A stretch of 64,000 bases of DNA. It comes from Verrucomicrobiota bacterium. GTDB lineage: Bacteria > Verrucomicrobiota > Verrucomicrobiia > Limisphaerales > Palsa-1400. Below, one piece after another: positions 27,202 through 38,082 of the stretch; position 1 is the stretch's first letter, and the number at the start of each line of letters is the position of its first letter. Below the pieces are notes generated by a model. It did no database searches, was not told the DNA's origin, and saw only the letters and a list, made by a program, of their open reading frames with translations. Position numbers and translations under genes: made by a program. Location: the NCBI GenBank assembly GCA_049510745.1, contig JBEKYR010000001.1, positions 128,001-192,000 of the forward strand, read 5' to 3'.

Positions 27202-27630
27202 TCATTCGGCGAACCGGGCCAGTTCGCGCCAGTTCCCGCGCAATCGATCCAGCAAGCGCGCGTCGGCGGCGGGGAATTCGTAGTTGAAAAGGTCCGCCGC
27301 GGTGACCCATGCCAGGTCCTGGCCCGCGGGCGTTTGTGGCTCGTGCCGCAGCCAGCGGCAACGGAAGAAGCGCAGATGCACCGAGCGGTCGGGATACTCA
27401 TGGGTGAGCGCTTCCACCAGATCGTGGACTTGCACCTCGATGCCCAATTCCTCGGCCAGTTCGCGCCGCAAACATTGCTCGTAGGATTCGCCGGGTTCGC
27501 GCTTGCCGCCGGGGAATTCCCACAAACCGCCCAGGTGCGCCCGGGGCGGACGGCGGGCAATGAGCAATTTTCCATCGCGGAAGACCAGAGCCGCCGCCAC
27601 TTCGATCGTGCTCCCGCCCGCGCCGGTCAC
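27202..27630 (-). CDS. mutT: MutT-like NUDIX (d)NTP pyrophosphohydrolase
   Basis: GGLWEFPGGKREPGESYEQCLRRELAEELG Nudix box; FPAAD. Confidence 0.9.
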   Translation of the reverse strand: MTGAGGSTIEVAAALVFRDGKLLIARRPPRAHLGGLWEFPGGKREPGESYEQCLRRELAEELGIEVQVHDLVEALTHEYPDRSVHLRFFRCRWLRHEPQTPAGQDLAWVTAADLFNYEFPAADARLLDRLRGNWRELARFAE

Positions 27631-28925
27631 GCCTTCCCCCGACCGATGCTCTTGTAGAGGAAGCCCAGACGCTCCATTTCCTCGAAGTCAAATAGATTTC
27701 GGCCGTCGAAGATAATGGGGTGGGTCAGGCCCTTTCTGGCCCGCTCCAGGTCCAGGCGCTTGAACTGGGGCCACTCGGTGGCGATGACCAGGGCGTCGCA
27801 GCCTTCCGCCACATCATCCATGTCCGCCACGTACTGCGCGTCCGGGAGCACGGGTTTGGCCTTTTCCATGGCCTGGGGATCATGGACGCGCAGGCGCGCC
27901 CCCTCTTTGAGCAGGCGCTGGCACAGTTCGATGGCGGGGGACATCCGCACGTCGTCCGTGTTCTGCTTGAAGGCCAGACCGAGGACGCCGATGGTCTTGC
28001 CCTTGAGGACCCAGAGGGTGTCGGAAATTTTCTTGACAAAGCGGTTCATCTGCTCGGCGTTGATGCGCTGCACCTCCTCCAGCAGGCCGAAGCGGCAGCC
28101 CAGCGCCTCGGAAATGCGGATGAAGGCGCTCAAGTCCTTGGGGAAGCAACTCCCGCCAAAGCCGAGCGAGGCGTCCAAAAACTTGCGGCCGATGCGGGCG
28201 TCCATCCCCATGCCGTTGGCCACCTCTTGGACGTTGGCGCCCGATTTTTCGCACAGGACGGAAATGGCGTTGATGTAGGAGATTTTCAGGGCCAGGAACG
28301 AGTTGGCGGCGTGCTTGATCAGCTCCGCCGAATTGATGTCGGTGACGATGACGGGGGCCTGGTAGGGGGCGTAAACCTCCTTCATCGCCGCCACCGGACG
28401 CGGCGACAAGACCCCGATGACGACGCGGTCCGGCTTCATGAAATCCTCGACGGCAAAGCCCTCGCGCAAGAACTCCGGGTTGCTCACGACGTCAAACTCC
28501 ACCTGGGCCTTGCGATAGCGTTTGATGGTCTCGGCCACCTTTTCCCCCGTCTTGACCGGGACGGTGCTTTTGTCAACTATAATCTTGTAGGCCGTCATGG
28601 CGCCGGCAATCTCGCGCGAGACGCCTTCGATGAAACTCAAATCCACCGAGCCGTCCGGCTGCGGGGGCGTGGGCACGGCGATGAAGACCACGTCGGACTG
28701 ATCGACCCCTTCCCGGGTGCTGGCGGTAAAACGCAAGCGGCCGGCGGCGGTGTTCTTTTTCACCAATTCGGGCAGGCCCGGTTCGTAAATGGGCATGCCG
28801 CCCGCCTGGAGGAGCTTGACCTTTTCGACGTCCTTGTCCACGCAGATGACATGATGGCCGGCCTCGGCGAAACAAGTGCCTGTGACCAGCCCCACATAGC
28901 CGGTTCCAATAATGGTCAGGTTCAT
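27627..28925 (-). CDS. ugd: UDP-glucose 6-dehydrogenase
   Basis: IGTGYVGL, KSTVP, SNPEFLREG, GFGGSCFPKD, DGRN; start at ATG 28925. Confidence 0.96.
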   Translation of the reverse strand: MNLTIIGTGYVGLVTGTCFAEAGHHVICVDKDVEKVKLLQAGGMPIYEPGLPELVKKNTAAGRLRFTASTREGVDQSDVVFIAVPTPPQPDGSVDLSFIEGVSREIAGAMTAYKIIVDKSTVPVKTGEKVAETIKRYRKAQVEFDVVSNPEFLREGFAVEDFMKPDRVVIGVLSPRPVAAMKEVYAPYQAPVIVTDINSAELIKHAANSFLALKISYINAISVLCEKSGANVQEVANGMGMDARIGRKFLDASLGFGGSCFPKDLSAFIRISEALGCRFGLLEEVQRINAEQMNRFVKKISDTLWVLKGKTIGVLGLAFKQNTDDVRMSPAIELCQRLLKEGARLRVHDPQAMEKAKPVLPDAQYVADMDDVAEGCDALVIATEWPQFKRLDLERARKGLTHPIIFDGRNLFDFEEMERLGFLYKSIGRGKA

Positions 28926-29800
28926 CGAGGCGCGGAATTGGACGAGACAGGCGGAATGGTCAGGAGATTGATGCCGGAATTGGGGGTGGCCGGGTTTGGC
29001 TTGGGCTGGGCAGGGGCAGGCCCCTTGGAAGCGGAGGCGGCGGGCGGCAAGGGCACCTTGACGGTGGGCTGGGAGAGGGAGAAAGGGGCCGGAGCGGGAG
29101 CGGCCTCCGCCTTGCGCAATTCGGGATGTTTGGCGACCAGAAGCTGGCCGCGCTCGCGGGCTTCGGCGGCCCAAGGGTCGTAGGGGTTTTGAATGCGGGC
29201 CAGCTCGGAGTAGAAGGTCAGGGCCTGCTGCGGTTTGTTTTCCTCCTCAAAAAGGCGGGCGAGAGTCAATTTGGCCGGGGTCACGATGTTCAGATCGGAA
29301 GGAAAAGCCGAAATGAGTTCCTGGTATTTTTGAATGGCCTCGGAATTCCTGCCCTGCGCCTCGACGGAGGCCGCCACGCCCATTCTGGCTTGGGCAATCA
29401 GGGCGCTGTCGGGATGGTCGCTGAGGAACTTGGAGAACTGCTCCTGAGCCTCCGGGTATCTGCCCTCCGTGAACAAGGTTTCGGCCCCGAACAATTCGGC
29501 GTATTCGCCGGCGGGGGTATTGGGATACTGGCGGGCCAGATCGAGCAAAGGCCCCGGGGAAACCGGCGCGGAGCGCGCGGCCATCCCGACCGGGGTCGGG
29601 ACGGCAAAAAGCTGGGCATTGGCGCTGGCCTCATCGGCGGCCTTTTTCCAGGAAACCAGGCCCCACGCCAGGGCGATGACGGCGACAACGATGGCCCCGA
29701 TGATAACTCGCTTGCGGTTGGCGTGGACCCAGGCCACCAGTCTGAAAAACACATCCGCCGACTGCGCCGACGGCGTTGACTGCGTTGTTTGAACATCCAT
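28922..29800 (-). CDS. Membrane-anchored TPR protein (YfgM-like)
   Basis: N-terminal TM, TPR-like helices (YPNTPAG, YPEAQEQFSKF, EAIQKYQEL), Pro-rich tail; start estimated. Confidence 0.8.
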   Translation of the reverse strand: MDVQTTQSTPSAQSADVFFRLVAWVHANRKRVIIGAIVVAVIALAWGLVSWKKAADEASANAQLFAVPTPVGMAARSAPVSPGPLLDLARQYPNTPAGEYAELFGAETLFTEGRYPEAQEQFSKFLSDHPDSALIAQARMGVAASVEAQGRNSEAIQKYQELISAFPSDLNIVTPAKLTLARLFEEENKPQQALTFYSELARIQNPYDPWAAEARERGQLLVAKHPELRKAEAAPAPAPFSLSQPTVKVPLPPAASASKGPAPAQPKPNPATPNSGINLLTIPPVSSNSAPR

Positions 29801-29923
29801 ATAAAGGGCGGGCATTGTCATCGGAACCCCGGAAAACGCAAGCTTAAATCGCATGCAATTCAAAGCGGCATCCAAAGATTCGAGGGCTTCTGGTTTCGCG
29901 CAAAATCCGGAATATGTTTCAGA

Positions 29924-31177
29924 TTACGCGCGCGGATCGGCCAGGCGACCCACGAAAAGCAGGCTGCCGGAGCGGGTGTCGCGGATCAGGAAGAGAAAGG
30001 GATGGTCGGCGCGAAAAACCGGCGGTGGCGGAGGAGGGGGTGGCTTCGCAACAGACTCCGTGCTTCTTGTCATAACAACGGCGGTGGCGGCGGCGGATTC
30101 CGTGCCTCCTTCGGTGACCTCGACCCAAGCTTTGTGAAACACGCCGGAAATGAAGAGGTCATTGGCCCCATTGAGGCCGGAAAAATCGGCTTTCCGCCAG
30201 ATGAAGGCATCGGGCATGCCCATTTTTGCCAGGGTGTCGTTTAGCTTAAAGTCGGATTCCAGTTTGAACTTGGGCAGGAAGATTTCGACTTCCTGGATTG
30301 GCATTTGTGCGTCCAAGCGGGCAAGGAACGTGGGACTGAGTTGCTTTTCCAGTTGGCCAAGAGCATCAATCTGGCGCGGCAGCAAAATCATCATGGACAG
30401 TTCATAGCCATCGTAGGGCAATTCCACGGCTTGGAAGTCGTCGTTCCCGGTGTAACTGACGTCACCGACACGGTGCATGAGGAGCGCATCGGCATGGCTG
30501 CTCGCGGAAAGGTGGAATGGCTGGATGGAGGTGGCGGCCTTCTCAAAGGGGCTACCCCATAGGCCCTTGAAATAGATGGCGTTCGCCAGAACAAGAGCGG
30601 TTGCGCTGTCCACGCTGCCGGGCGGAAGGATGTCCTGGATTTTGTCCCTGGTCTTCTGCGCGACCCAACGGTTGATTTCGCGGCGGACGGCATCGGCGTC
30701 CGTCTGGAAGTCCGCTTGCTTGACGCTGGCCTGATAATCGTCTTTGGCGATTTTCAGGAAGGCCGGAAGGAAGGGTTCTCCTTGTTGGGCCCACAACGCG
30801 TTGGCGATGTCCAGTTGGATGCCCTTCTGTTTTTGCGCGTCGTTCAATTGGCGTTGCAGTTCGCCAAAAGAGGAATGAAGCCGCGCCTCGCCTTTGCTGA
30901 AGTGTAAAACCCGGCTCATTTGCGTTTCCGTCTCGCCGCGCGCTCCGGCATAAGTCATGGCCAGGGCGGTGGAAATGCTGTACGGGGAGAAAAAGAGGTT
31001 GCCCGGCGCGCCGCTGAGACGGGCGTAGAGATCGAGGGCAAAGGCGGTGTTGCCCTCGACCAGCGATTTGGTCTGGGCCGTTTGGGCACCGGCCGCCAGT
31101 CCGATGCCGAATGAAATCAAGAGACTGGTGAGAAAGCGCGGGCGGCGGTTCGTGTGCAGCGAATTGTTAGCCTTCAT
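29924..31177 (-). CDS. Secreted serpin (serine protease inhibitor)
   Basis: NLFFSPYSIS, NAIYFKGLW, LPKFK, hinge EGGTESAAAT, FRADHPFLFLI; signal peptide; start at ATG 31177. Confidence 0.96.
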   Translation of the reverse strand: MKANNSLHTNRRPRFLTSLLISFGIGLAAGAQTAQTKSLVEGNTAFALDLYARLSGAPGNLFFSPYSISTALAMTYAGARGETETQMSRVLHFSKGEARLHSSFGELQRQLNDAQKQKGIQLDIANALWAQQGEPFLPAFLKIAKDDYQASVKQADFQTDADAVRREINRWVAQKTRDKIQDILPPGSVDSATALVLANAIYFKGLWGSPFEKAATSIQPFHLSASSHADALLMHRVGDVSYTGNDDFQAVELPYDGYELSMMILLPRQIDALGQLEKQLSPTFLARLDAQMPIQEVEIFLPKFKLESDFKLNDTLAKMGMPDAFIWRKADFSGLNGANDLFISGVFHKAWVEVTEGGTESAAATAVVMTRSTESVAKPPPPPPPPVFRADHPFLFLIRDTRSGSLLFVGRLADPRA

Positions 31178-31662
31178 GTCAGGTTCTTTGTTTTTCTCGC
31201 CTTCCAGTCCTCCAAGACTATGAATCCCGAAATCGAACCGCGAACCGGACCACCAGTCAACGCCACCTGAGACTCGAATCGAATTGGAAAGACGCGGCTG
31301 GCATCTCGACCAAGTGATCGATAGTGCTGAGCCAATTGCTCGACTGACGGAGAAATGACACCGCACCAAAAACCAACCTGCCTGTCTGCGGTGATGATGA
31401 CGGGTTGTATTGTGCCGAGACTGTCATCGCCCTTGGCGGGTGGAGCAAGATAACCATGCATCTTCGAGCCATCAGCCAGTGTGAATGAGGCGCACACGAT
31501 AAACATGCCTTCCGAAGGGTCGAGTGAGCCGGATACCTTATACGGGCGGACGGTCGTCTCGTCCTGCCCGACCTCGCCCTCCTCATCCAATGCGAACTCC
31601 CACACCGGAAACCTGCTTAGGTCCTCTACCGTCAACTCATTCACTTGCTTTCGGATTTTCAT
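31174..31662 (-). CDS. Hypothetical protein
   Basis: 162-aa ORF whose stop overlaps the serpin ATG; protein-like sequence (FPVWEFALDEEG); somewhat lower GC. Confidence 0.75.
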   Translation of the reverse strand: MKIRKQVNELTVEDLSRFPVWEFALDEEGEVGQDETTVRPYKVSGSLDPSEGMFIVCASFTLADGSKMHGYLAPPAKGDDSLGTIQPVIITADRQVGFWCGVISPSVEQLAQHYRSLGRDASRVFPIRFESQVALTGGPVRGSISGFIVLEDWKARKTKNLT

Positions 31663-31714
31663 GGCGGCGTAAATCTATCACCGCCAGTTCGTTCATTAAA
31701 CAAAATCAATGGTT

Positions 31715-34700
31715 TTATGCGTGTTCCGTCCGTGCTGCGCGCAGGCCGGGGCCGAAAATCCCGAAGACGGCCAATGCTCCCGCCAGTATCAGCAGGCGCA
31801 GCGTCAGCGATGCCGTCCGCGCCACGGTCGCCTGCAAATTGACTTTCAAATCGGCCCACGGCTCGACGGCCACGGCGCGTTTGAAGGTCAGCACCCGGCC
31901 TTGTTCGGGGATGCTGGCGCGGATGCCCGCCGGGTTGCTCACGGCCGCGTCCTGCTGCTGGATGAGCTTCTCCGCCAGGCGCATGAAGGCGGCGTTTTCC
32001 TCGGCGGTGTTGATGTCAATTATATCCTTGGCGTCCTGCTGGGTGTAGTTCATCTCTTTGCGGCTGCGCAGGTCGCGCAGTTTGCCGCCCAGCGCGCCGG
32101 GGTCCCCGGCCGCCGCCGATTGGCGCGCGTTCAACCCGATGAGCGCCTGCTGCAGCTTGATGTTGTGCAGTTGCACGCGGGCGTCCTCGTTGAAGGCGGG
32201 GTCGTGCGTCGAAAGGTCAAAGGCGTTTTCGAAGGCGCGCCGGGCCTGCTGCGGGTCGCCGTTCGCCAGGGAATTGTTGCCGATGGCCAAAAATTGCTGG
32301 GCTTCCGCGATCCGCGCCTGTTGCAGGTTGTTTTCGTTTAGCAGGTAGGATTGCGCGTCCACCGCGACGGCGGGCGGAGTAACCTGCTGTTCCTGCAGTT
32401 GGAGCGAGCCGGTCCAATGCTTGACTCGCCACTTGTCGCTCAGGGAAAGTTTCCAGGTGATGTCTTCCAGGGGCAGATCGAATTTCGGCGCGAGCAAGGC
32501 CAGATCGAGCGAGCGCGCGTCCGCCTGGCCGGTGCGGCAACTGTGGAAAATTTCCACCGCCACCGGCTTGTCCCCGGCCGACTGCCGCTCCAGCGGGATG
32601 AGGATTTTGTCGCCGTCGCGCCAGGGCCAGACGCCGCTGTCGTTGACAAACGCAAACCAGAACCGGGCCTCCGGCGGGAGCGTCACGCCGAGCAGGCGCT
32701 TGTCGCCGGGGAGAATTTCCAGGCGCGTGCGCGTGAGCATGATGCCGTCGTCGGAGATGACGGATTGGAAAGTGATATTATTGACACGGGCGGGAAGCAG
32801 TTTGGCGGCCTCGTGGCGTTCGAGTTTGAGCGGGAGTTGGAACGACGGCTCGACCAGGCGGTAGGTGAAATTGGCGGCGACGGCTTGCAAGTCCTTTTGC
32901 AGGGCGCGCGGGATGCTCTGCCATTCGGTGGGCTGGAGGGCTGCCGGCGGGTGGTCCACGGCCACCTGGAGGCGCGGGTCGGATTGGACGGTGACAAAGC
33001 CCCGTTGCAGGTTGACATCGGCCGCTTCCACGCCGCGCAAAACGGTCTCCGTGGCCTGGCCGGGCAGGAGAATTTGATAAGCGGCCTGAAGCAAGTATGG
33101 GCCGATGAAGCGCCGGCGCAGTTTCACTTCCCATGCCCGCAACCCATTGGTGACAGCGCCCGGCGTTTGGAGAAAATCCGCCACCTGGTCGCCCTGGAAG
33201 CGCACGCCCTCGGCGTTGGTGGGGATGAGAACGCGAAAGGCTTTCAGCCCGGTGTTCTCGATCTGATACTGCAAATTGGCCGTGACCTTGATTTGCGCTT
33301 CGCTGATGACCGCATGTTGCAGGCTCGTCACCTGAATCCACGGGTCCACCTGCTCGATGTCCAGCGCGAGCGTGGCGGGAACCTGCAAGGCGCGAAAACC
33401 GAGCACTCCTTTCTGACGGACGCCCGATTTCTGCGGGTCCAACTGCGTGTAACCTTCGCGCGCCGCCACCTGCAAGCGCATGCCCTGCTCCGGCACAATG
33501 AGCAGGGCGCCCCGCTGTTTGCCCGCTTCGCGCAGCACGACTTGCGGCACCTTCCAGTCCCGCGCCGTTTTCACGCCGGGACCGGCGAGGGTCAGGGCGA
33601 AGGCGTGCGGCCCCAGCGTCTTGCCGGTCAGATGCAACGTGATGACGCGCCCCGCTTCCGTCTTCAAGTCCGTCCACTGGCTCAAGACGGGGCTGCTGAT
33701 GGATTCGACGTCGAACCCCGCCGGCATGAGAAAGCTCAACTCGAAGATGCCCGCGCGGGTGATGTCCACCGTGAAATTGTCCGCCAGCACGGTGCGGTCT
33801 TCACCGAGCGACAACGTATCGTCGGTTTCCACGCGCACATCCGGCTCGACCGCCGCGGCCCGCAAGGCCACGCTGGCGTTGGTGTCCGAATAACGGAAGG
33901 CGCGGCGCAGGGCCAGGTCCGGGATTTGCCCTTGCAGCGCCGCCACGGCGTCGCCGGGAAAATCCTCCAGGTTGATGGGCGAGAGCGCATGAGGGGTGAC
34001 AGTGTCGAGTTGCACTTCGCTGCCGGTGGCGATGCCCGTCAAACCGATCTGCCCCGCCGCGTTTTCCACCGTGACCAACCCGGCGGATTGTTCGAAGGGC
34101 AGCGGCCCGGCGGCGATTTGCGACCGGACGAGAACCACAAAGGGCCGCGACTGGGCGGGATTCAAGGTCACGCGCAATTTGCCGGTGTCCGGGTCGAAGC
34201 GCCAGAGGGAGACCAGTGAACCGGCGGAGTTTCCTTGTTTGGCCGGATCGATCACATCGGTGACCGTCGCGCCCGGCGGCACGTTGAGGATCAATTCGCC
34301 CAACTCGCCTTGGGCGGGGCGAATGGAAACGTAATGGGCTCCTTCGATGACGCCGGCCAGCGGCACATAAAGCTGCGCCACCTCGGCGTAAAAGACCGGC
34401 TTCTCGTGCGTGACATCGCGCCGGCGCGGACGCCAGGTGATCGAGGCCTCCGCCGGCGAGAGCACCAGCGCCGCCACCGTGTTGGAGCCGGGGTGGTCGC
34501 AGTGAATCGAGACGGCCTGCGCCGACAAGACATCGACATCGAGATCGACGACCGTGAGATGGAGTTGATTGATCAAGCCGTAGGGCACGGGCAGCGTGAA
34601 GCCGCTTTCGGTTTTGTCGTTCGCCACCGGCGCCTGGTATTGGACTTCGATGTCGAACACGCCGCCCGCCAGCGCGACCAATTGTTGCGAGTATCTTGAG

Positions 34701-37700
34701 CCGGCCGGCCCCGCCACGAGCTGGAGCGAGCGCGGCGGAAACGAGACCCGCGTCAACACCGCCGGCTCGGACAGAAGCGGAAGGGTCTGCCCTTTGACGG
34801 CCTGCCAGCGGATTTTGGCGGTGGCCAGCGCGAATTTGTCTTCGACGCGAATGGTCTGCGTCACGGAATCGGGCAGCGCCGCCGGTTCCGCCGCCCGCGT
34901 GATCGCCGCGCCGCAACCGAGCCACAAGAGACCGCCGACAATCAGGGCCGTCGCGGCGGGCGCGGCGCCAGTCGAACCGGGCGCGGGCACCGATTCCGTG
35001 CTGTGAGCCAGGCGCCAGAGTTGCGCCAACGCGGGCACGAGGACGTGCCACGCCAAAAACGCAAACAGAACCCAGAAAAACAGGGAAGCGCCGTTGGGGA
35101 ATCTCAGCGCCGCCCAGGCCAGCAGCGTCCAGCCGCCAAGCCAGCCGGCAACTCCCAGCCGCGGACGGTCCGCCAGCCATTCCGCCAGCCAGAGCGCCAG
35201 CGCGGCCAGCGCGGGCCAACCGCAACCAAGGAGCGTCCAGAAGGATGTTTTGTCCGCGACGTTCGAGACCGCCACGCTCAACGCCGTGCCCGCCTGTTGC
35301 ACTGGCGCCAGAAACGTCAAGCCTGCGGGCACAGTCGCGGTCACGGCTCCCGCCAGTTCTCCCAGTTGCACAACGCACACGACGATCAACGCGAACGCGA
35401 TGAGGACCGCTGCCGGGCCGCCCCGGTAAAAGCCGGCGCGCGCCGCCCAGCGCCACCCCGCCGCCGCTCCCGCCGCCAAACCCAACACCCCAAAAAGCCA
35501 CGCCAACGCGCGTTCCAATTCTTCCCCCGCGAAGAGGCGCGCCAATTGCGCAAAGCCGGAAACATCCGGCGCGCCGCCGACCGGCATGACTGAGCCGGCC
35601 TCATAAACCAGGCGCCGGCCGGTGTCCGGTTCAAGTTTCCATTCCGCCAGCATCACCGGGGCGTCGGCGGTGGGCGCGGCGATGCGGACCCGTTTTGGAT
35701 CGGGGGATTGGGAGGCCAGTTTCAAATCCAGCTCCAGCACGGCGTTTGGATCGCTGCTTTGCGGCAGGGGAATCAGGCTGGCGTTGCCGTCCTGGACGGG
35801 GACGGTGGCGGCGCCGTTAATGGAAGCGGACCACAATTGCGCGCCGTCGGGAATCGTCAGCCGGAAGTGAGGGTTGCCGCGGCTCTTGATGAAGTAGCGG
35901 ATGTCGGTGAGCACCTGTCCTTCCTTGGAAATGCGGGTGTCCAGCGAAGCGCGGTCCACGATCTGGTTGAGCGAATCCCCCTGGGCCAGCGGGCTGAGCG
36001 AGAGTTTCAAATTGAAGGGGCGCGAGGCGTAGCGATAGGCGGCCAGGACGGGAGCATCAAAGAAAAGCCGGTATTCCGGCGGCACTTCACCCGTTTCCAG
36101 CGGAAGCAGGCCGGGCGAAACGTCCGCGCGCTTTACCTCAAACTGATAGGCGCTGGTGACCAGCGTGTAGCCTTCCTCCGACTGGGCGTCCAGCGGACGG
36201 GCGCCGGTGAAGGCCAGCGTCTCGCCCTGCGGCTTGAAGGGCCGCTCGTAGGTCGCCAGCAGCGTGTAAGCGCCCGCCACCGGCGTGTGCAATTGCACCA
36301 GGTAACCGCCCTCGATCTTTTGCCAGTTGCGGAGGTCCTTGCCGGTGAACTCGACGTTGTAGTACTCGTCGGACAATTCGATCTTGAACGCCGCCACCGG
36401 CGCGCCCGACACCACGTAGTTGAGGACGCTGCTCCCGTAGGCGATGCCTTCGCCAATGGAGAACAGGTGCAGCGCGGAGGCCTGGACGGTTTGCGGCAAC
36501 CGTTCCACGCGCAAGGCGGCTTCCCACGCCGGTTCGCTCAGCCGGAACGCGGCCTGGATGCCTTCCAACTTTCCGGGGTAAAACGCCGTCGCCATTTCCG
36601 TCAGCGCCTTGGTCCGTTCCGGTGTCAAGCGAAAACCGGCATCCGCCGACACGCCGACAAACCCCCGCACGGACTTGGCCTGGGCGACCTCCAGCCGGGG
36701 CAGCGCCCAATTGGTGCCGCCGAGGCCCTGGTTGTGCTCGAGGCGAAGCTGGACCAATTGCCGCCCGGAGACCGGCTGGCCATAGACCAGGCGCAACTCC
36801 GCGCCTGGCGCTCCCGCCGGTTCGCTCAGGAAATAGTCGCTCAATCCCGCCGCATTGAGGCGGGCGACGGCGAATCCTTTGGGCACGTCAATCAACAATT
36901 CGCGCAGCGGCGCCTCGCGGATGTCCAGTTCGAGTTCCGCGTCCAGCGTCAATTCGTTTTCGCCCACGCGATACGCCAGCAATTCCGAGACGGCCAATTC
37001 GGGCAGGATTTGGTCGGCCTGGATGCGCAACGCGAAATCAGCGCCCGCAAACCGGTAGGCGAAGCGCTGGTTGCCCTCGACGCGAAACGCCGCCCGCGTC
37101 ACGTCGGATTCGGGAAATTGTTCGGGCGAGATTTGGGAGGTGCCGCCGGCCTGCACGACCTCCAGCCGCACCGCCCCTTCATTGACCAGGCGAAGGTAGC
37201 CGGCAAAGCGCGTGGCGTTCTCCGGGCGCAACTGCAAAATATCGGCCGTCTGGGGAAACGCCCCGAGCGGCGTTTGCGCCTGCACCTGGAAGGCGAATTG
37301 GTCCTTCTGCGGCTGGTTCAATTGAATGACCAGGCGGCGCTCGGAGGAATTGGACGCCGGCTCGACGCTCCAGGCCAGCACCTGGTCGCCTTGCACGCGC
37401 GTCACTTCGCCCGCCCCGCGCAGCCGCAGCGTAACCCGGTTCAACTCGCCTTGCATGACTTTGAAATTGAGCAGCGCCACCTGCCGCATCAGGCCCGGAC
37501 TGACGCTGATTTGCGAGAGCATCCCGGCTGAAAAGAATAATTTCCCTTCCGTTTCAGGCCGGACTTCCTTCCACGAGAACTTCACCGCGCCGTCCGCCGG
37601 CAGGTAGCTCAGGAAGTCGCCGCCCTGGCGATCGGGCCGCGCCGCGCCCGCGAACTGGAACTGCGTGTCGGCCGCCAGCCCGCGCAAAACGATGGGTTGC

Positions 37701-38068
37701 AGGACGCTCGGGGCGACGCGGAACTCGACGCTGTTCCAACCCTCGGTCTGGCGCACGGTGGCGCTGAATTTGACCTGGATGGGGAAGTCGCCGCCGTGAT
37801 CGAATGTCAGGAAGAATTTGTTCTGGCCGGCGCGGATATGTTCCCTGGGATGCGGCTCGAACGCGGTGAGCGCCACCGGGCCGGAAAGCAAGTCGAGCGA
37901 GCCGCCGCGCGGATTCCCGACGCGCGCCGTGGCGGAAAGAACAAACGCCGCGCCATCGCCGCTCAGATCGCCGGTGAGTTTAAAGTCTGTCAAAGTAACG
38001 GTGCTTTCCGCAGCCTGGACGGCGGCGGCCAGGAGCGAAACCCCGAGGAGAACGAGGGAACTTTTCAT
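31715..38068 (-). CDS. Giant (2117 aa) secreted/membrane protein with internal repeats
   Basis: Signal peptide MKSSLVLLG at 38068, repeated beta-rich modules, central multi-TM block, C-terminal TM; no named family recognised. Confidence 0.85.
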   Translation of the reverse strand: MKSSLVLLGVSLLAAAVQAAESTVTLTDFKLTGDLSGDGAAFVLSATARVGNPRGGSLDLLSGPVALTAFEPHPREHIRAGQNKFFLTFDHGGDFPIQVKFSATVRQTEGWNSVEFRVAPSVLQPIVLRGLAADTQFQFAGAARPDRQGGDFLSYLPADGAVKFSWKEVRPETEGKLFFSAGMLSQISVSPGLMRQVALLNFKVMQGELNRVTLRLRGAGEVTRVQGDQVLAWSVEPASNSSERRLVIQLNQPQKDQFAFQVQAQTPLGAFPQTADILQLRPENATRFAGYLRLVNEGAVRLEVVQAGGTSQISPEQFPESDVTRAAFRVEGNQRFAYRFAGADFALRIQADQILPELAVSELLAYRVGENELTLDAELELDIREAPLRELLIDVPKGFAVARLNAAGLSDYFLSEPAGAPGAELRLVYGQPVSGRQLVQLRLEHNQGLGGTNWALPRLEVAQAKSVRGFVGVSADAGFRLTPERTKALTEMATAFYPGKLEGIQAAFRLSEPAWEAALRVERLPQTVQASALHLFSIGEGIAYGSSVLNYVVSGAPVAAFKIELSDEYYNVEFTGKDLRNWQKIEGGYLVQLHTPVAGAYTLLATYERPFKPQGETLAFTGARPLDAQSEEGYTLVTSAYQFEVKRADVSPGLLPLETGEVPPEYRLFFDAPVLAAYRYASRPFNLKLSLSPLAQGDSLNQIVDRASLDTRISKEGQVLTDIRYFIKSRGNPHFRLTIPDGAQLWSASINGAATVPVQDGNASLIPLPQSSDPNAVLELDLKLASQSPDPKRVRIAAPTADAPVMLAEWKLEPDTGRRLVYEAGSVMPVGGAPDVSGFAQLARLFAGEELERALAWLFGVLGLAAGAAAGWRWAARAGFYRGGPAAVLIAFALIVVCVVQLGELAGAVTATVPAGLTFLAPVQQAGTALSVAVSNVADKTSFWTLLGCGWPALAALALWLAEWLADRPRLGVAGWLGGWTLLAWAALRFPNGASLFFWVLFAFLAWHVLVPALAQLWRLAHSTESVPAPGSTGAAPAATALIVGGLLWLGCGAAITRAAEPAALPDSVTQTIRVEDKFALATAKIRWQAVKGQTLPLLSEPAVLTRVSFPPRSLQLVAGPAGSRYSQQLVALAGGVFDIEVQYQAPVANDKTESGFTLPVPYGLINQLHLTVVDLDVDVLSAQAVSIHCDHPGSNTVAALVLSPAEASITWRPRRRDVTHEKPVFYAEVAQLYVPLAGVIEGAHYVSIRPAQGELGELILNVPPGATVTDVIDPAKQGNSAGSLVSLWRFDPDTGKLRVTLNPAQSRPFVVLVRSQIAAGPLPFEQSAGLVTVENAAGQIGLTGIATGSEVQLDTVTPHALSPINLEDFPGDAVAALQGQIPDLALRRAFRYSDTNASVALRAAAVEPDVRVETDDTLSLGEDRTVLADNFTVDITRAGIFELSFLMPAGFDVESISSPVLSQWTDLKTEAGRVITLHLTGKTLGPHAFALTLAGPGVKTARDWKVPQVVLREAGKQRGALLIVPEQGMRLQVAAREGYTQLDPQKSGVRQKGVLGFRALQVPATLALDIEQVDPWIQVTSLQHAVISEAQIKVTANLQYQIENTGLKAFRVLIPTNAEGVRFQGDQVADFLQTPGAVTNGLRAWEVKLRRRFIGPYLLQAAYQILLPGQATETVLRGVEAADVNLQRGFVTVQSDPRLQVAVDHPPAALQPTEWQSIPRALQKDLQAVAANFTYRLVEPSFQLPLKLERHEAAKLLPARVNNITFQSVISDDGIMLTRTRLEILPGDKRLLGVTLPPEARFWFAFVNDSGVWPWRDGDKILIPLERQSAGDKPVAVEIFHSCRTGQADARSLDLALLAPKFDLPLEDITWKLSLSDKWRVKHWTGSLQLQEQQVTPPAVAVDAQSYLLNENNLQQARIAEAQQFLAIGNNSLANGDPQQARRAFENAFDLSTHDPAFNEDARVQLHNIKLQQALIGLNARQSAAAGDPGALGGKLRDLRSRKEMNYTQQDAKDIIDINTAEENAAFMRLAEKLIQQQDAAVSNPAGIRASIPEQGRVLTFKRAVAVEPWADLKVNLQATVARTASLTLRLLILAGALAVFGIFGPGLRAARTEHA

Positions 38069-38082
38069 AAATGGTTCGTGAT

